From positions 186,001 through 250,000 of the forward strand of contig NW_027117339.1 of NCBI RefSeq assembly GCF_038025025.1: a stretch of DNA of 64,000 bases. The letters are read 5' to 3'. The position numbers and the translations under genes were made by a program. Shown in pieces: positions 38,873 through 50,992 of the stretch (within the stretch, counting starts at the first letter, position 1; each line of letters starts with the position of its first letter). This DNA comes from Phyllosticta citribraziliensis (Eukaryota). The notes under the pieces were generated by a model. That model was given only the letters and a program-made list of their open reading frames with translations, was not told the origin of the DNA and did not search any database.

Positions 38873-41414
38873 TGACGAGAGGCGGCGAGTGGCAGAGAAT
38901 AGAAGGGCGCATGAGACACATCACGCGAAAAGAGAAGAGAGGGGATATGAGAGACGAAACGCAACGACGTACAGAGAAACGCGGAACACGATGCTCACGA
39001 CGCCATGTCCAAAACGGGGAAATGCAAAAGGGAACAGGAAAGGGGAGTTCAGTCACATCTGGTCTTTTCACGCACACTCTGCACGCAATCTTATCCAGCT
39101 ATCAAATATCAACCATCCATTCTTTTCTTTATCCAACTACCAAGACTCGATGATCTTCCCGCCATGCCAGGTGCCACGTATCGCGCATACCCTGACAGCC
39201 AGCCAGGCAGGCACGTTCTCGGCTTCTTCACGCGAGGAACGTGCTATTTGAAGCTGGTTTCGCTTGTATTTTCCGCGTCCGCGTCTGCGTCCTCGTACAT
39301 GCACGTAAGACGACCTGCCTGCCTAGGTACTTAGCTGTGTCTCCACCACCGCCGTTTACAGCCGGACGCTACCACCAAAAACACTCCGTCGCCGCGGCCG
39401 CCTCGGCCCCCACATTATCTACGCACGTTTCTCTACCAACATAAAGTAAACGGCGGAAGTTGAGACTGCGGAGAACTAAACGACGAATGAGCGGCCTGTC
39501 TGTGTCCTCCACGTGGTCGAGGCTGTTTTGGGTATGGGCAAGGTATTTGAGACGCACGCATATCCTACTCTGCACTTCCCATTTCCCCTGTCCAACTACC
39601 CTGTCTGTCTAGACGACTGACGGCAGCCCAGTCTTCGGAACACTGGGTGGCCAGACAAGTCGGGTTCACATACACTTGTTTTCCTTCGCGTCGTTCGCGC
39701 ACCCACCTCTCTCTCTTCGCCCCCTCTGCACTGGTATGTGTTGGTGATGCGGGAAGATGGTGATGATGAGCGCTACTCTGGCGCGTTGAACAGTATCTCC
39801 ATTGTCCAACCACGTCGCCCGTTGTTCCCCTCCACATAACGTTCCGCATTCGCCTTCTTGGGCGCGTCTGCCGGCGCTGCGCTCCACCAAACGCGAACGC
39901 CAAAGTGCGGAAGATCCAGCGGACTCGCTCCGCAGCAGTCGGAATTGATCAAAAGTATCTTCCTCTTTGCGGGCCATAGTCGACGTCCCAGCTGCGACTG
40001 CAGCCGCAGAATTGAGTCAAGAGCATGGTATTTATACACAAGGAAGGGAAGAACAACCAGCCCGCTGCTCGTGCCATCGACCGCCTATCACACGGAGGTC
40101 TGGCATGTGGAGCGCTGGAGCTGGCGTCGCATGTGAGTGGCGGCTGGCTTTCAGTATTCAAGTCGCTGCTGTGGCGCTTGGATTCTGTTTAAGTCGCTGC
40201 GGAACTCCTAGATTCTGTTGTCAGACACGGTCTTCCTGCCTTCGGTAGCAGAGAAACGCTCAGTCCGTACTCCTTCTCGCCTCGAACACCCCGTGTACTG
40301 GGTTTTGTTTCTGTTGCGCTTGGTCTCTTAGTTTATTCAGTTTCTCGGGTCCTGCGCGATGAGATGGTGATGGACGGCGCAGAGGTGAGATGATGAGTGG
40401 CACTATTATCACTCAACGGCGTCTCCTACAATAGACAGGCCGTCAACCCCACAGACAGACTTCTCCCAGTCCACGTTGAATCCGTACGCCCGCGCGCAAA
40501 AAAAGTACATGAGAATCGCAATTTTTTATCCAGCCGCGCTTACTGCGGACAGGACTGTGCTGTTGAAATTGATTAGAAGTGGGAAGGATGCAGTTTTTAT
40601 ACAAAACTGCAGAGCGTACGCCCCTTTTCACGGGATGCTTGAGTTGTGATGAGTCGCGACCGTTTGATCCGCGAGGAAGCTGCGGCATGTGAGCGGCGGC
40701 GGGCTTTGAGTATTCAACCCTCTGCTGAAGCTCCTAGACTCCTTCATCTCACACAACCTTCCTACCTTCTTTCTCGGATCGTGGATAACGCGGCGACTCT
40801 GCTCGCTCTTTTTCGAGAGCCTTCGACGACTGGTGTTTGTTTCTGCTGCGCTTGGCCTGTCATGACTGGCGTAGTTTCCCAAGGCCTGCGCGATGGAGTG
40901 ATGCTGATGGTCAGCACGAAGGCAAAGGGGACGCGCGATGGCAGAATCGTAAAATGAAGGTCTGGCTGCTAGTCTCGTCTTACTTGCGGTAGTGGATTTT
41001 CTCGTGCGCTGTTCTGTGCTGCGCTGCTCTGCTCTTGTCTTGCTTGCTGTGTTGGTAGGTAGGTAGGTTGGATCAGAGGACGCTAGGTGTGACGGGACTG
41101 CGGGCCACATGGTCGATCCGTAGACTCGATCGACGCGCACAGAGTCAATGAATGGAAAGGAAAGAGAATGATCGCATTGGCTTGACTGATGAGCTGTCCA
41201 AGACGAACTGCCGCAACCTCCCATAATCCTCCGAACCATCAAACCCGGAGCCCAGGATCCAACCAACTCTCCCAATCAGAACGGAAAACTGAGAACCTCC
41301 ACCCCTGCTCGAAATGCTCCCCCCAAATTGAAGAAACCGCAGCACAAAGAGGTTTGGCGGGCCAGCCAGGGCAATGTGGTGCAAAGGGAAACGAATGAAA
41401 GAGAGACAAACTTA

Positions 41415-43310
41415 CCTGATCATTTTGTCCGGGCCAGTTTGTTGTTGTTTGAATTGCAAGGTCGTTTTTGAAGCGGCCACCTTTGACGCACAAGCAGAGT
41501 GTGCAAGAGCATCTGTCGGAGGCAGCCAGAGTTGATGTCGGAAGCTGTCCTGCCACTGCGGCAGTGAGGGCTGCTGCTTGCTGGACAAGTTCGACGTCGA
41601 TTTGGAGAGATTTGAGAGGATGAAGGGAAGTAAGTGCGCATTTTTTGCAACGACGGCGATAGACGCCGATGCCCAGAGCGCTGAACTGACCCCCCGAAAT
41701 ACTCCAGCAGTGGAAGCTGAAGACGAGGGTAACTTGCTCCGTAGGCCGCAGAGCGGATCCTACTTTTAGCCATGCTATCGCGGGAACTCATATGGCCATT
41801 TTTTTAGTTGCGTAAAGGAAGACGCGAGCGCGTTTTCCCTCTGTGGCTTTCGCACCGGAGACAGGATGTGCGCTGAACACCTCCACAGTAGTCGGGGAAA
41901 GAAACTCGCCTGCCAGGCACTGTTGTACTTCCTGCGTTTGCGATTGCAGGCACTTCGCAGACCTTTTGACGGGTCCGCAACTCGTGGAAAAAGCAGCATT
42001 CCGGAAGAAGGTGATTTCCACATCGTGACATCGGAGGTCCCGAGTCGGCTTGAAGGGAGCCCAAGTGTTGATACCGCCGATGCTCGCATCAGAGTTTGCC
42101 GTGCAGAATGGTCTTGACTCCGGTCAGTTGTATGATCTGAAACAAGGGTGGAAAAAGCACTTGCCTGACCACTTTGTCTGAGTAGATGGATCAAAGCTTG
42201 TTGTTGACACAGGTGTCGCCTGTTTTTGCAGACCCAATCTTGCTGATGCTTCATCGGGTTGTGTTTTGTCGAACATGGGCAAGAGGGTAAGGTTGAGAGG
42301 TAGATGAGTGCGCATTTTGGACCGGCGGGACCACCTGACCCCGGCGGAGTGTGAGCGCTGAACACATTGTTTTTGCGATGTTTGCTGATTTGGAGGCTGG
42401 ACGAAAGTTAGCACAACATGGAGGGCGTTGGAGTTTGACGGTGACCGCTTACCATTTGCAGACACAAGTTTTGCAGTTGTTCCGAATTGCGTGTTGTTAA
42501 GGAAGGCAGAGAAGCCGGAGTTGAATGGTTGATGAGTGCGCATTTTGTACCAGTACCAATAGGCACAGGCTGCTGTGAGCGCTGAACACATGTTGTTTGT
42601 GATGGTTGCTGATGCAGAAGCTGACAGCGAGTTAGCACAACTTAAATGGTGTTAAAGTTTGCGAGCGGCACTTACAATTTGTAGACACAAATTTTGCTGT
42701 CGTTTCGAATTGCGTAGTGTTGAGGAAGGCAGAGAAGCCGGAGTTGAATGGTTGATGAGTGCGCATTTTGTACCGGGATCACCTGGCCCCGGGGGGATTG
42801 TGAGCGCTGAACACATTGTTCTTGCGATTGATTTTTGTGCAGAGGCTGACGAGAGTTAGCACAGCTTGACCAGAGAGGAGGGTCGAGGGTACGTACATTT
42901 TCCAATGTTTTGCAAGCTCTGGAGCGAGAGCCAGGCCTGACACCGGGAGACATGATCATTGTTGACTACACGGGCGCGTTAGCATGCCCGAAGAGCAGAG
43001 AGCGTAAACGACGACGAGTGAAGCGCTGGCCCGCCATGACCTGAAGAAAGGAAGCCTGCAGTCTACTGTCAGCAAAGCGAGTGCTCAAGGTGAGGAGGAA
43101 GGTTGAACGCCGGTTCGGCGACAGAGGCTCCAAAAGCAGGGCGCGGCGGGCGCGGGTCTCAAGGGAAGTACGTCGTCCGAGAGCCAAAGTGTTGCCTGAA
43201 GAGCTGGAGAGAATCCAGTGGGTTGAACGAGACAGGGCGATGGCGAAGCTGTCGAGAGAGAGGGCAGAGCTCAAGTGCGCGTTGCTGTCGGGTCCCGCTC
43301 GCCGCATGGC
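41415..43310 (-). ncRNA. Putative multi-exon transcript, probably non-coding, carrying five conserved hairpin cassettes
   Basis: Chain of canonical minus-strand introns. The reading frame is not conserved between repeat copies. Cassettes at 41633, 41827, 42307, 42535 and 42758. Boundaries approximate. Confidence 0.45.
42225..42896. repeat. Three tandem ~225-bp units, each a minus-strand exon plus intron
   Basis: Units at about 42225-42452, 42453-42675 and 42676-42896. Minus-strand introns 42397-42452, 42621-42675 and 42846-42896, each GTA(A/C)G..GCTAAC..CAG. Confidence 0.9.
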
Positions 43311-43605
43311 TCGCTGGGGAGGAGGGCGAGGGAGGATGATGAAGAGGAGAGGAGCGCGGGCGGAGGGTGGAGGGTTTTTGTACTGTCGCGTGGGCGGTGC
43401 GCAGGCGGAGCCAGCAGGCAGGTGGAGGGAGGAAGGAGCGCCGCCCACCAGGACAAGCAACTCGAGGCAACAGGATCACGGCGAGTCGGGCTTCCTTGGA
43501 GACAAACACGCTTAGACATTACGATAGCATGCTACGTACCGTATCTACTGAATTCCCTTGGAAAATACCTTCAACACGCGCCGCCGCAAATGGAAGATGC
43601 AAACC

Positions 43606-45793
43606 TCACGCCGTGCTGAGGACAACCACACTCCACGCAGGCAGCTCCAGCGTAAAGACACCATCGGCCGCCTCGACGCTGCCCGACACCGGCACGACCG
43701 TGTCCGGCGCCTCCAGCGTGTTCGCGTCCGTCTCACCCCCAGTCAGCGTCGTCGTCGCGGCCGAGCCCGTCGCGCCCTCAATGCTCACACTGACGCTCTG
43801 CACGTCGGCGCCGTAGTTTGCCAGCTTGACGTAGTACGCACCCGACGACGAGTCGGCCGTCGCGCTCCAGTAGACGGGGCCAAACGCCGTGTCGCTGGTG
43901 ACCTCGCGCGTCGTGTCGCCGTGGTTGGCGGCGAAGATCTGCTCGACGTAGTAGCTGGTGCTCTTGACCACGCCAGTCGGCGACGCGTCGTAGCTGACAA
44001 AGTCGGGCACCCACTGCGTGCCGTTGACGTGCTGCAGCGTCGGCGCGTACGCCGCCAGGCGTATCACGTCCGAGTTGCGCTCGACGCCAATCAGGAAGAC
44101 GGCCTCGGACACGGCGCCCGCCAAGTACGGCCACTGCTGCTCGTCGCTGTCGCGGTTGGCGTACTCGCCGACGAAAATGGGAATCGACCGGTTCCAATTG
44201 TCCCACAGGTTGAACTGCCCCACCAGGTCGTCGCGGGCGGAGTACGTGTGATAGTCTTGCCACGCGCCCTCGGGGAACGGCGACGGCAAGCAGTCGGCGT
44301 TGTTGGTGGATGCGATGATGATGATGTCCGGGTACGCGGCTTTGATGGCGTCGTGGAAACGCTGGAAGCGTTCTGGGTATGAGTCGCAGCCTCCGCTCAG
44401 GTTGTCCTCGTTGCCAATCTCGACGTATGGGATTGGAAAGGGTTCAGAGTATCCAAGAGCCACGCGCTGCGCCCCATACGTCGTTGAGCTGTCACCGAGG
44501 AGGAACTGCCGGCTGTTAGGGATGGGCCCACAGAGGATTTACAAATGTCTCACCTCGAGCTCATTGAGGACGTCATCAATGTACGGCTGCAGAGCGTCGC
44601 CGGTAAGCGGCGTGTTTCCACCCGAATTCAGAGCAAGGCCAGCCCAGACTCCCAGGATGTTGAAGAGGTTCATGTCTTCTGCCCACTCGAGGTATTCAAT
44701 AAGACCTACGCAAAGTTAATCATCTACTCGAAGGGCTTGTCCGAAATATCAACATACCAAGCCAGTCAGTGTTTGGGTAGGTCCAATCGCCTGCATTTAT
44801 CAGTGTCTTGTGCTAATTGCAGGGAGCAGACAGGAAATGTACCCTGTCGTCCAGGCCTCTCCTCAACGGGTCCAATCGTCTCGTTCCACTTCCACCGGTT
44901 GTCCTCGCTCTCGCCCTCCCTACAAAAAGTCAGTAAACCATAGTGATAAAGAGGAGAAGTACTCACAAGTTGTTACCACCCGGAAACCGCAAGAAGCCGC
45001 CTCCCAGCTGATCCAAAACTTCCGCAATGCGCGGGTCCAAGCCATTGGGCCTATTCTTAAACGTCGGGGGGTACAGCGCTACAAGGTCAAACCAGACAGT
45101 CTTGCCTGCAACCGCGCTGGCGTCTTCCCACACAACTTCCCAGACATTGTTGCCATCGGGAGCCGTAGCATTGCTCTCCAGGGCCGTCGTCTGCACGTAG
45201 GTCCAGTCGTCTGCGGAGCCGGTAACGTCGACGCTGGCACTGCCAAATACAGTACCGCTGCTGGCACCGACGAGCCGCAGCGTCAGCGCGCCGCTAAAGT
45301 CGCCCTTGAACCAGAAACTCGTGTTGTAAGTCGCCGCGACCACGGGGATGCCCCAGTAGCCTTCGTTGCTGAAGCCGGCCTCGCCTGTCGCGTCTGAGGG
45401 CACCGTCACGGCCAGTGAGTGCGTGATGGCGCTATTGAGCGGCGTCGAGGAGTCGACGGCCAGGCTAGCGCTGCCAATGGCTGCGTACGCCGTCAGGTTC
45501 TGGTCGTCGCCTTGGAAGCCGTTGTTGCGGAGCAGTTGGCCGTGGATACCGCCGTCGCCCGAGTGGTTAATATCCTGTTGGTGCCAGGTGAGCGGGATTT
45601 CTCGCGGGCAGAGGCTCTTTGTCAGATTGTCAAGGAAAGGTCAAGTGCGCACTTCAAACATGATTCCGATTGGCGTCGAACTGGAACTGTTTCCGCCGGA
45701 TGTGGCTACGGTCAGGTTGATGGAGGCGGCATGGCCGATCAACGAAAGAAACGGCACGAGGGCCGCCAGCCCAGATGAACGAGGGACCTTCAT
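43606..45793 (-). CDS. GH51 alpha-L-arabinofuranosidase, secreted
   Basis: Signal peptide, [71 protein letters not shown]. Confidence 0.95.
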
Positions 45794-45970
45794 TAGGAGC
45801 GCTGGGAGGCAATTGTCCAGCAGAGAAAGCTGGGACAACAAAGGGCAGTGATCGAACAACCTCTTGTGCGAGCATAGTGACTTGACGAGTATAAGTACTC
45901 TGGCAGACTAGAGCGAGGTCAACACAAGTGCTTACAAGTTTAAAGTGGGACGGACAGCAAGGAGAATACG

Positions 45971-45979
45971 ATTGGTGGA
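45971..45979 (-). promoter_or_regulatory. GARE (GaaR-type) motif TCCACCAAT upstream of GH51
   Basis: Exact match to the TCCNCCAAT consensus about 180 bp upstream of the ATG; SYGGRG CreA-like sites nearby (46036, 46061). Confidence 0.6.
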
Positions 45980-46560
45980 ATTGGAGCTGTCGAAATGGTA
46001 GCGTGCATTCACGGAAAGGGAGTGTTGTGTGGTTTGCGGGGCAGGTGGTACAATTGAGCTGTGGGGACAATTGGAGTAGACAAAAGTGGAAAGTAGACAG
46101 TCAAAAAGCTTGGTATGCGGACAGACAAGAAAAATTAGACATTGACATGTTTAGGCAGATTTTTGAGCACCAGGAACCGCCCAGTCAGGAGAGCAGAAAG
46201 CAGTATTGGACAGGGTTGGCGTTACCCGAGGTGTTGTCTTGCAGGTCCATCTTGCAGCTGCGCAGGCCAGGTCGCCTGACTGGCCGAGATTTTGTTTCGG
46301 CAGCGAATGAACCGACGCGACCTTGGTCGGAGAGCTTCTTCAACGGGACACAAGACAGGTGCCGAGAGTCGCTGCCATGGATTCGAGCGTGGAAGCGAGG
46401 GGCCCCGCGGGGTAGAGGGTGCGGAGGAAGAAAAGCAGCGCAGGCCAAGATCGAGACTGTCCCCGATGGGATGCCGCAAGAGTAGATCTACCCGCCCGCC
46501 CGCCGCCTTGAGTGGAATAAGCTCCGCCGTCGTATTTCCATGTCGTCTTGTCCAGGTCGG

Positions 46561-47086
46561 TCAGTCCAGTGCGTCCAAATCCCGCACGCCGAGGGTCCAC
46601 CGCGCAAACAGCCCGACCTTGGTCTGCATATCTCGTATCATGTCCGTGGCCCTGTTGTTGATGGCCTGGAGCTGCGTCGTCTTTTGAACCTGCCCTACCT
46701 CGTCCCAGTCGCGGCGCTGCTGTGCTTTGCTCTTCCACCATTCCTCGCGGTCGGTTTCCATCAGCTCGAGCTGCGCCACAATCGTCCGCACGCTGAGAAT
46801 GATTTCTGCCGTCATCTTTGCCAGCGCTTCAGGCGCGACGCGGATCGAAGACTTGCGCCTTTCCTGGGGGTGCCAGTCATGTCCGGACTGCTGCTCATTA
46901 AACAGCTCGACATCGCGGTGGGCCTGGTGGATGGAAGTCTTGAGTTCGGAAACGTGGTGCTCGAGGGGTTTGGGCTGCCCGCGTCAGCTGATGCTCGTCA
47001 CTCGACAGATGCGTCGGGTTGCATATTGCAGAACTTACCCAGCGGTCTCGATCCACAATGGCCAACACACCACACAGCTGGCACAT
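46561..47086 (-). CDS. Hypothetical protein
   Basis: MCQLCGVL exon, GTAAGT intron, then an open helical exon ending ..LFARWTLGVRDLDALD. Confidence 0.6.
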
Positions 47087-47460
47087 GGCGTGAGTATTCA
47101 AGGGCTTGACGATGGCTCGCTTCACTTTGTTCCAAAACACGTGCCGGCGATGGCTCTGTGCAAGACGTGGAAAGGCTGCCCAGGCTCGTGGAGCTGACGT
47201 TTATAGTCCGGGCGATGTCGTGCACTCAGTGGACGCCACATGCAAAAAATGTAAGCATATGCAGGAGGGTAACACCTCATGTACCTGAGGCTCTGTGCTG
47301 CTGCCTTAAGCTGCTTGAACGCCCAACAGTCTAGCAAACCACCTGCGGCTACATCCAGCAAGCCGACGATCTTCTAAGCGGTCCTATCAACACAAAACCC
47401 GTGAGCAAATCACTGCCAAACCAAACCTGTTGGCACAAGCATCTATAACTCTGTGTCGTT

Positions 47461-48555
47461 TCAAACCATGCTCCACAAAGGCTGCGGCAGAGGGCGCCGC
47501 GCCCTGGCTTGGTGACCTGATTTCAGCTTGCCTTCTTTGATGGCAATGTATGCTTCTCGTTTGGCCGGATTGCCTGTCGTGATGGACCAAGTGTCCAAAT
47601 TGTAATAGGTCGCAATCGAATGAACCAACCATCGCCTGCGAGGCTGTTAGACGCAATCTGGCAGCAATCAGACATGATTCACCCAAAAGCGCCGCTGCGA
47701 TCACCAACAAGACTATCAAACACCATCTTGTCGCGCCGCAGCGCTTGCTCGGCTGCCCGCATGTCATTCATTTGGCCGTTCCGCCCAACAAACACAATCT
47801 CTTCGTCATCGGAATCGAGATCGGCCAAGCCATCCTGCTCGTCGCGCCTCTCCTTTTCTTCCCAGTTCTCGATGAACTTGCGCACTTCTTGTTCAATGTC
47901 TTCGAGGAGGTGCTTGGCGGCGCGCTTTTGGCGGAGCCGCTCTCGCAACTGCTTGAGCGCTTTTGCAGCTTCTTCCTCCTCCTTGCTCACAGCTGGCTTG
48001 TTGGCCTTTTGGTTCTTGTTCAGAGACTTGGGTGCGAGCTGTGCGTCCCATAGAGGAGCCAGATAATAGGGGACAGTGTGAACGGGATACGTGGGACGGA
48101 TTTCCCAGTCGCTCGGAAGAGGAGGCTGCGCGTGTGGGTTGTTCAAAAGACGGTCTGCTCATTGCCTTAGCCACGCACTGGACTTGTCAAGGTTTCGTTC
48201 AGCGCGCACCATTCTCCCAGCGGCGCCTCTGGCGACTTCCCTCCTTGCCTTTGAGAAGGGCTTCGCGACGCTTCAAACTGTCCCGGCGGAGCGGCTCTTT
48301 GCGACGAGTATAGGCCGAGCGCACAAGCTTGGACGCCGTGGCTTCGGTAGGCTCTGGCTGGGGAAGAACGTGGTCGTCCAGGGGGATGTCCAAGGTCACA
48401 GAAGTGCCACGGATGGTTGGTTGAGAGGCCGTAGAGATGTTGACCGAAGCCAAAGCGCGCGTCGCCTCCTCCGTCCAAGCCTCGACGTCGATGGCGGCCT
48501 CGACGGCATCGTCCGAAGGCCTGTAAATGTCCGGCACTTCACCGTAGATTGCCAT
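47461..48555 (-). CDS. R3H-associated N-terminal domain protein
   Basis: RRDSLKRREALLKGKEGSRQRRRWEN, NNPHAQPPLPSDW, DSDDEEIVFVGR, RWLVHSIATYYNLDTWS; two introns. Confidence 0.85.
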
Positions 48556-49110
48556 GTTGCGACAGGTGCAGAACGACGGGCGGGATGGTCCGGGTGGAAG
48601 ATAAGGATAGTAGCTGCCCTCCAGACGCTGTGAAGTGAAAGACACAGAGTCTAGATGAGCGAGCAGCAGAGAATAGCGAATGTCAGAGAGGTGGTGAGTT
48701 GGTAGAGGTTAAAGACCGGAGGCGTGGGGGAGCAATCAGACGGGATTGAGCGAGAGGCGCGCCAAGGCGGCAGCCGCGACTCGCGTGCGTCATAGGCCGT
48801 GGGAAAGACGTCCGACTCAGCGGGGACTCCATGTCATCAACGACAGTCACAGTGGGTGACTCCTGTCAGCACCCAAACATCAATTGTCAACCCCGAGAAC
48901 AACCCTCTGTCTACATGTAGACGGAGAGTACGGTGAGATATGGGTGCGTGTGACAGGAAGGCGATTTCTTACCGAAAGGGTTTGCGCCGCCTGCAGGAAC
49001 ACTTCCTTCTTCTTCGCTCGCGACTTGACAGACCCAGAACTCGTTTTATGACCACGAATCCACTGCCCTCACCCTCTTCCCTTCTCCAAATCTCGATCAA
49101 GCGATGAATC

Positions 49111-50856
49111 ATGCCCAAAATTGGTCTGCTATGGGGTGGCAGGGACCCCTGTAACAGCGCCCAGCTGTTTCTCTTCGCACTTGATCCAGTGCCCGGACAG
49201 CCGTCTCCCTACTGCATCCGCCAGCTTGAGAACCGCAGCAATGGCCCGACAGCCCAGATTTCTCTTCTTTCGGCCTGTTCCCAAAAGAGCAAGGGAGATT
49301 CATCAGAGGGCCAAAAATCCAAGATTGAACTTCTCCCTACCGAATTGCTGGACTAGATTTTCACTTACCTCGGAGCGTTCGTCATTCGAGAGGAAAGGCA
49401 CGACGGCCTGCCGCCGAAACTGGGGAAGATCAAGAGCCAAATCTACCCCCTGCATTTCGTGTCGAAGCGTTTCCATGGTGTTGCAAGACGACATTTGTTC
49501 CGCTTCTTCCGAAAAAACCATCACCATAAGAAGCTCAACTACTTTACGCTTTGGCTCCAATGGGACCCTCAATTGGCATCTCGGTTTCGAAAGATAGAGA
49601 TTGTAGATTATGTCCATTGTGATTGGGCTCCTGGTGGTACCGTGATTCAGTCTGTCCGTGGCGAACCAAAACGCCAGCACCGCCCAAAGCCCTGGCTGGG
49701 CCATGGCGTCAAATAGGAATATGGAGATCCGACATGGCACGAAATGGAGCTTGCCGCTCTGTTGCTCGAGACTCCCAGCTTGTCCACCCTGACGTTGCAC
49801 ATAGGTTCGGACTCACAATCCTAACGCACACTCCTCAACCTGATACCCATGCTTGGCCAACCCTCGTCCTATATCCTGGGCAAAACTCCGTACGATCGGG
49901 GTTTTCTAGCTCAACTTCAGGACTTGGAGTTGAAGAATTTTGATGAAAAGCTCACTCCGTGTATAAACCTTCACTCCATCCCTCTGGCCTCGCTACGACG
50001 ACTCGAATTGGACAATGTCAAGGTTGCCGGATTGAAAGAGGGCTGGACACCTCGATCAACCAACATTGAGTCTATCATCCTCAAGTCCTGCCTTCAACTT
50101 CATGATCTCGTCGTTCCGATGATCCACGCTTGCAAGGCGCTCAGGCACTTTTCGTATGTCGCAAGCCCTCCAGCACCGTCAGTGCAACCGCATCAAGCCC
50201 CGATCATCATCGTACTAAGTCCCAACGACTTCGCGCCCCATCACGGCACGCTAGAGACGCTTACAATCGACACTTACGGCCGTCAAGCGCTGCCAAGGCT
50301 CGAATTCTTCGCGGGCTCCTGTTTGACAAACCGGTTCGCCTTGACTCGATTCACCGCGCTCAAGCACGTCGATATTCCTTTCGTCTGGGTCCATGCTGCG
50401 TTACTCGAAGCCATTCCAAGACAGGGTGGTATCACCGGCGTGTCCAAGAATGTGTTCCCATCGTCGCTGCAAACACTGTCCATCAACAGCATGACGTCTG
50501 CGGATCGAGCTTTCCTCGACATCATTCTCGACATCTCCCAATGTGCCAATCACTTTTCCCCGCGTCTGCGCGTCGTCAAGATCGTCGGGAACTGGGGTAA
50601 GTGCCGTGACCAACAGGTGCCCTTGATCCATGTGGCGCGTATTGTGGTGAATGCGGGCCTCGAGATGCACATCGGCTGGTTTAATGGTGTCGTCAGACGC
50701 ACTTGGGTCGCGAGGGAAGCAGGAGGGGAAGGCCAAAGTAAGGGAGCAGAACGCCGCATGGAGGTCGAGGTCGATGGGAGGCCAGTGGAGTCGGAACTGG
50801 ACTGGGTCAATTCGTTGAACCTAGCGCCCAGAGGCTGGAGTTCCAATACGCGATAG
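49111..50856 (+). pseudogene. F-box / LRR-like gene interrupted by three in-frame stops
   Basis: One continuous frame: IELLPTELLD*IFTYL (F-box pattern), then LRR-like segments (LRRLEL, LETLTI, FTALKHVDI, FPSSLQTLSI). Stops TAG 49354, TAG 49714, TAA 49822. Confidence 0.75.
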
Positions 50857-50992
50857 AAGAGCAATAGTCACGACAGGGAAATGACATGAGTGATGCAATG
50901 TCAAAATGTAGAGGTCGAAGAGCCCAGATGTGTTGCACTTCGAACAAACTTCTCACCCTAATGTTTCCCACCTTCGCTCCCATCCTCTCCAT

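Noticed and set aside
41633..42814. CRISPR array, hammerhead/HDV ribozyme, SECIS or telomerase RNA interpretation of the cassettes
   Set aside because: Eukaryotic context with no cas genes. No CUGANGA/GAAA core or HDV motifs, the GA pairs are out of register for a SECIS, and no telomere template is visible. The C box is present in only two copies, so snoRNA is not called.
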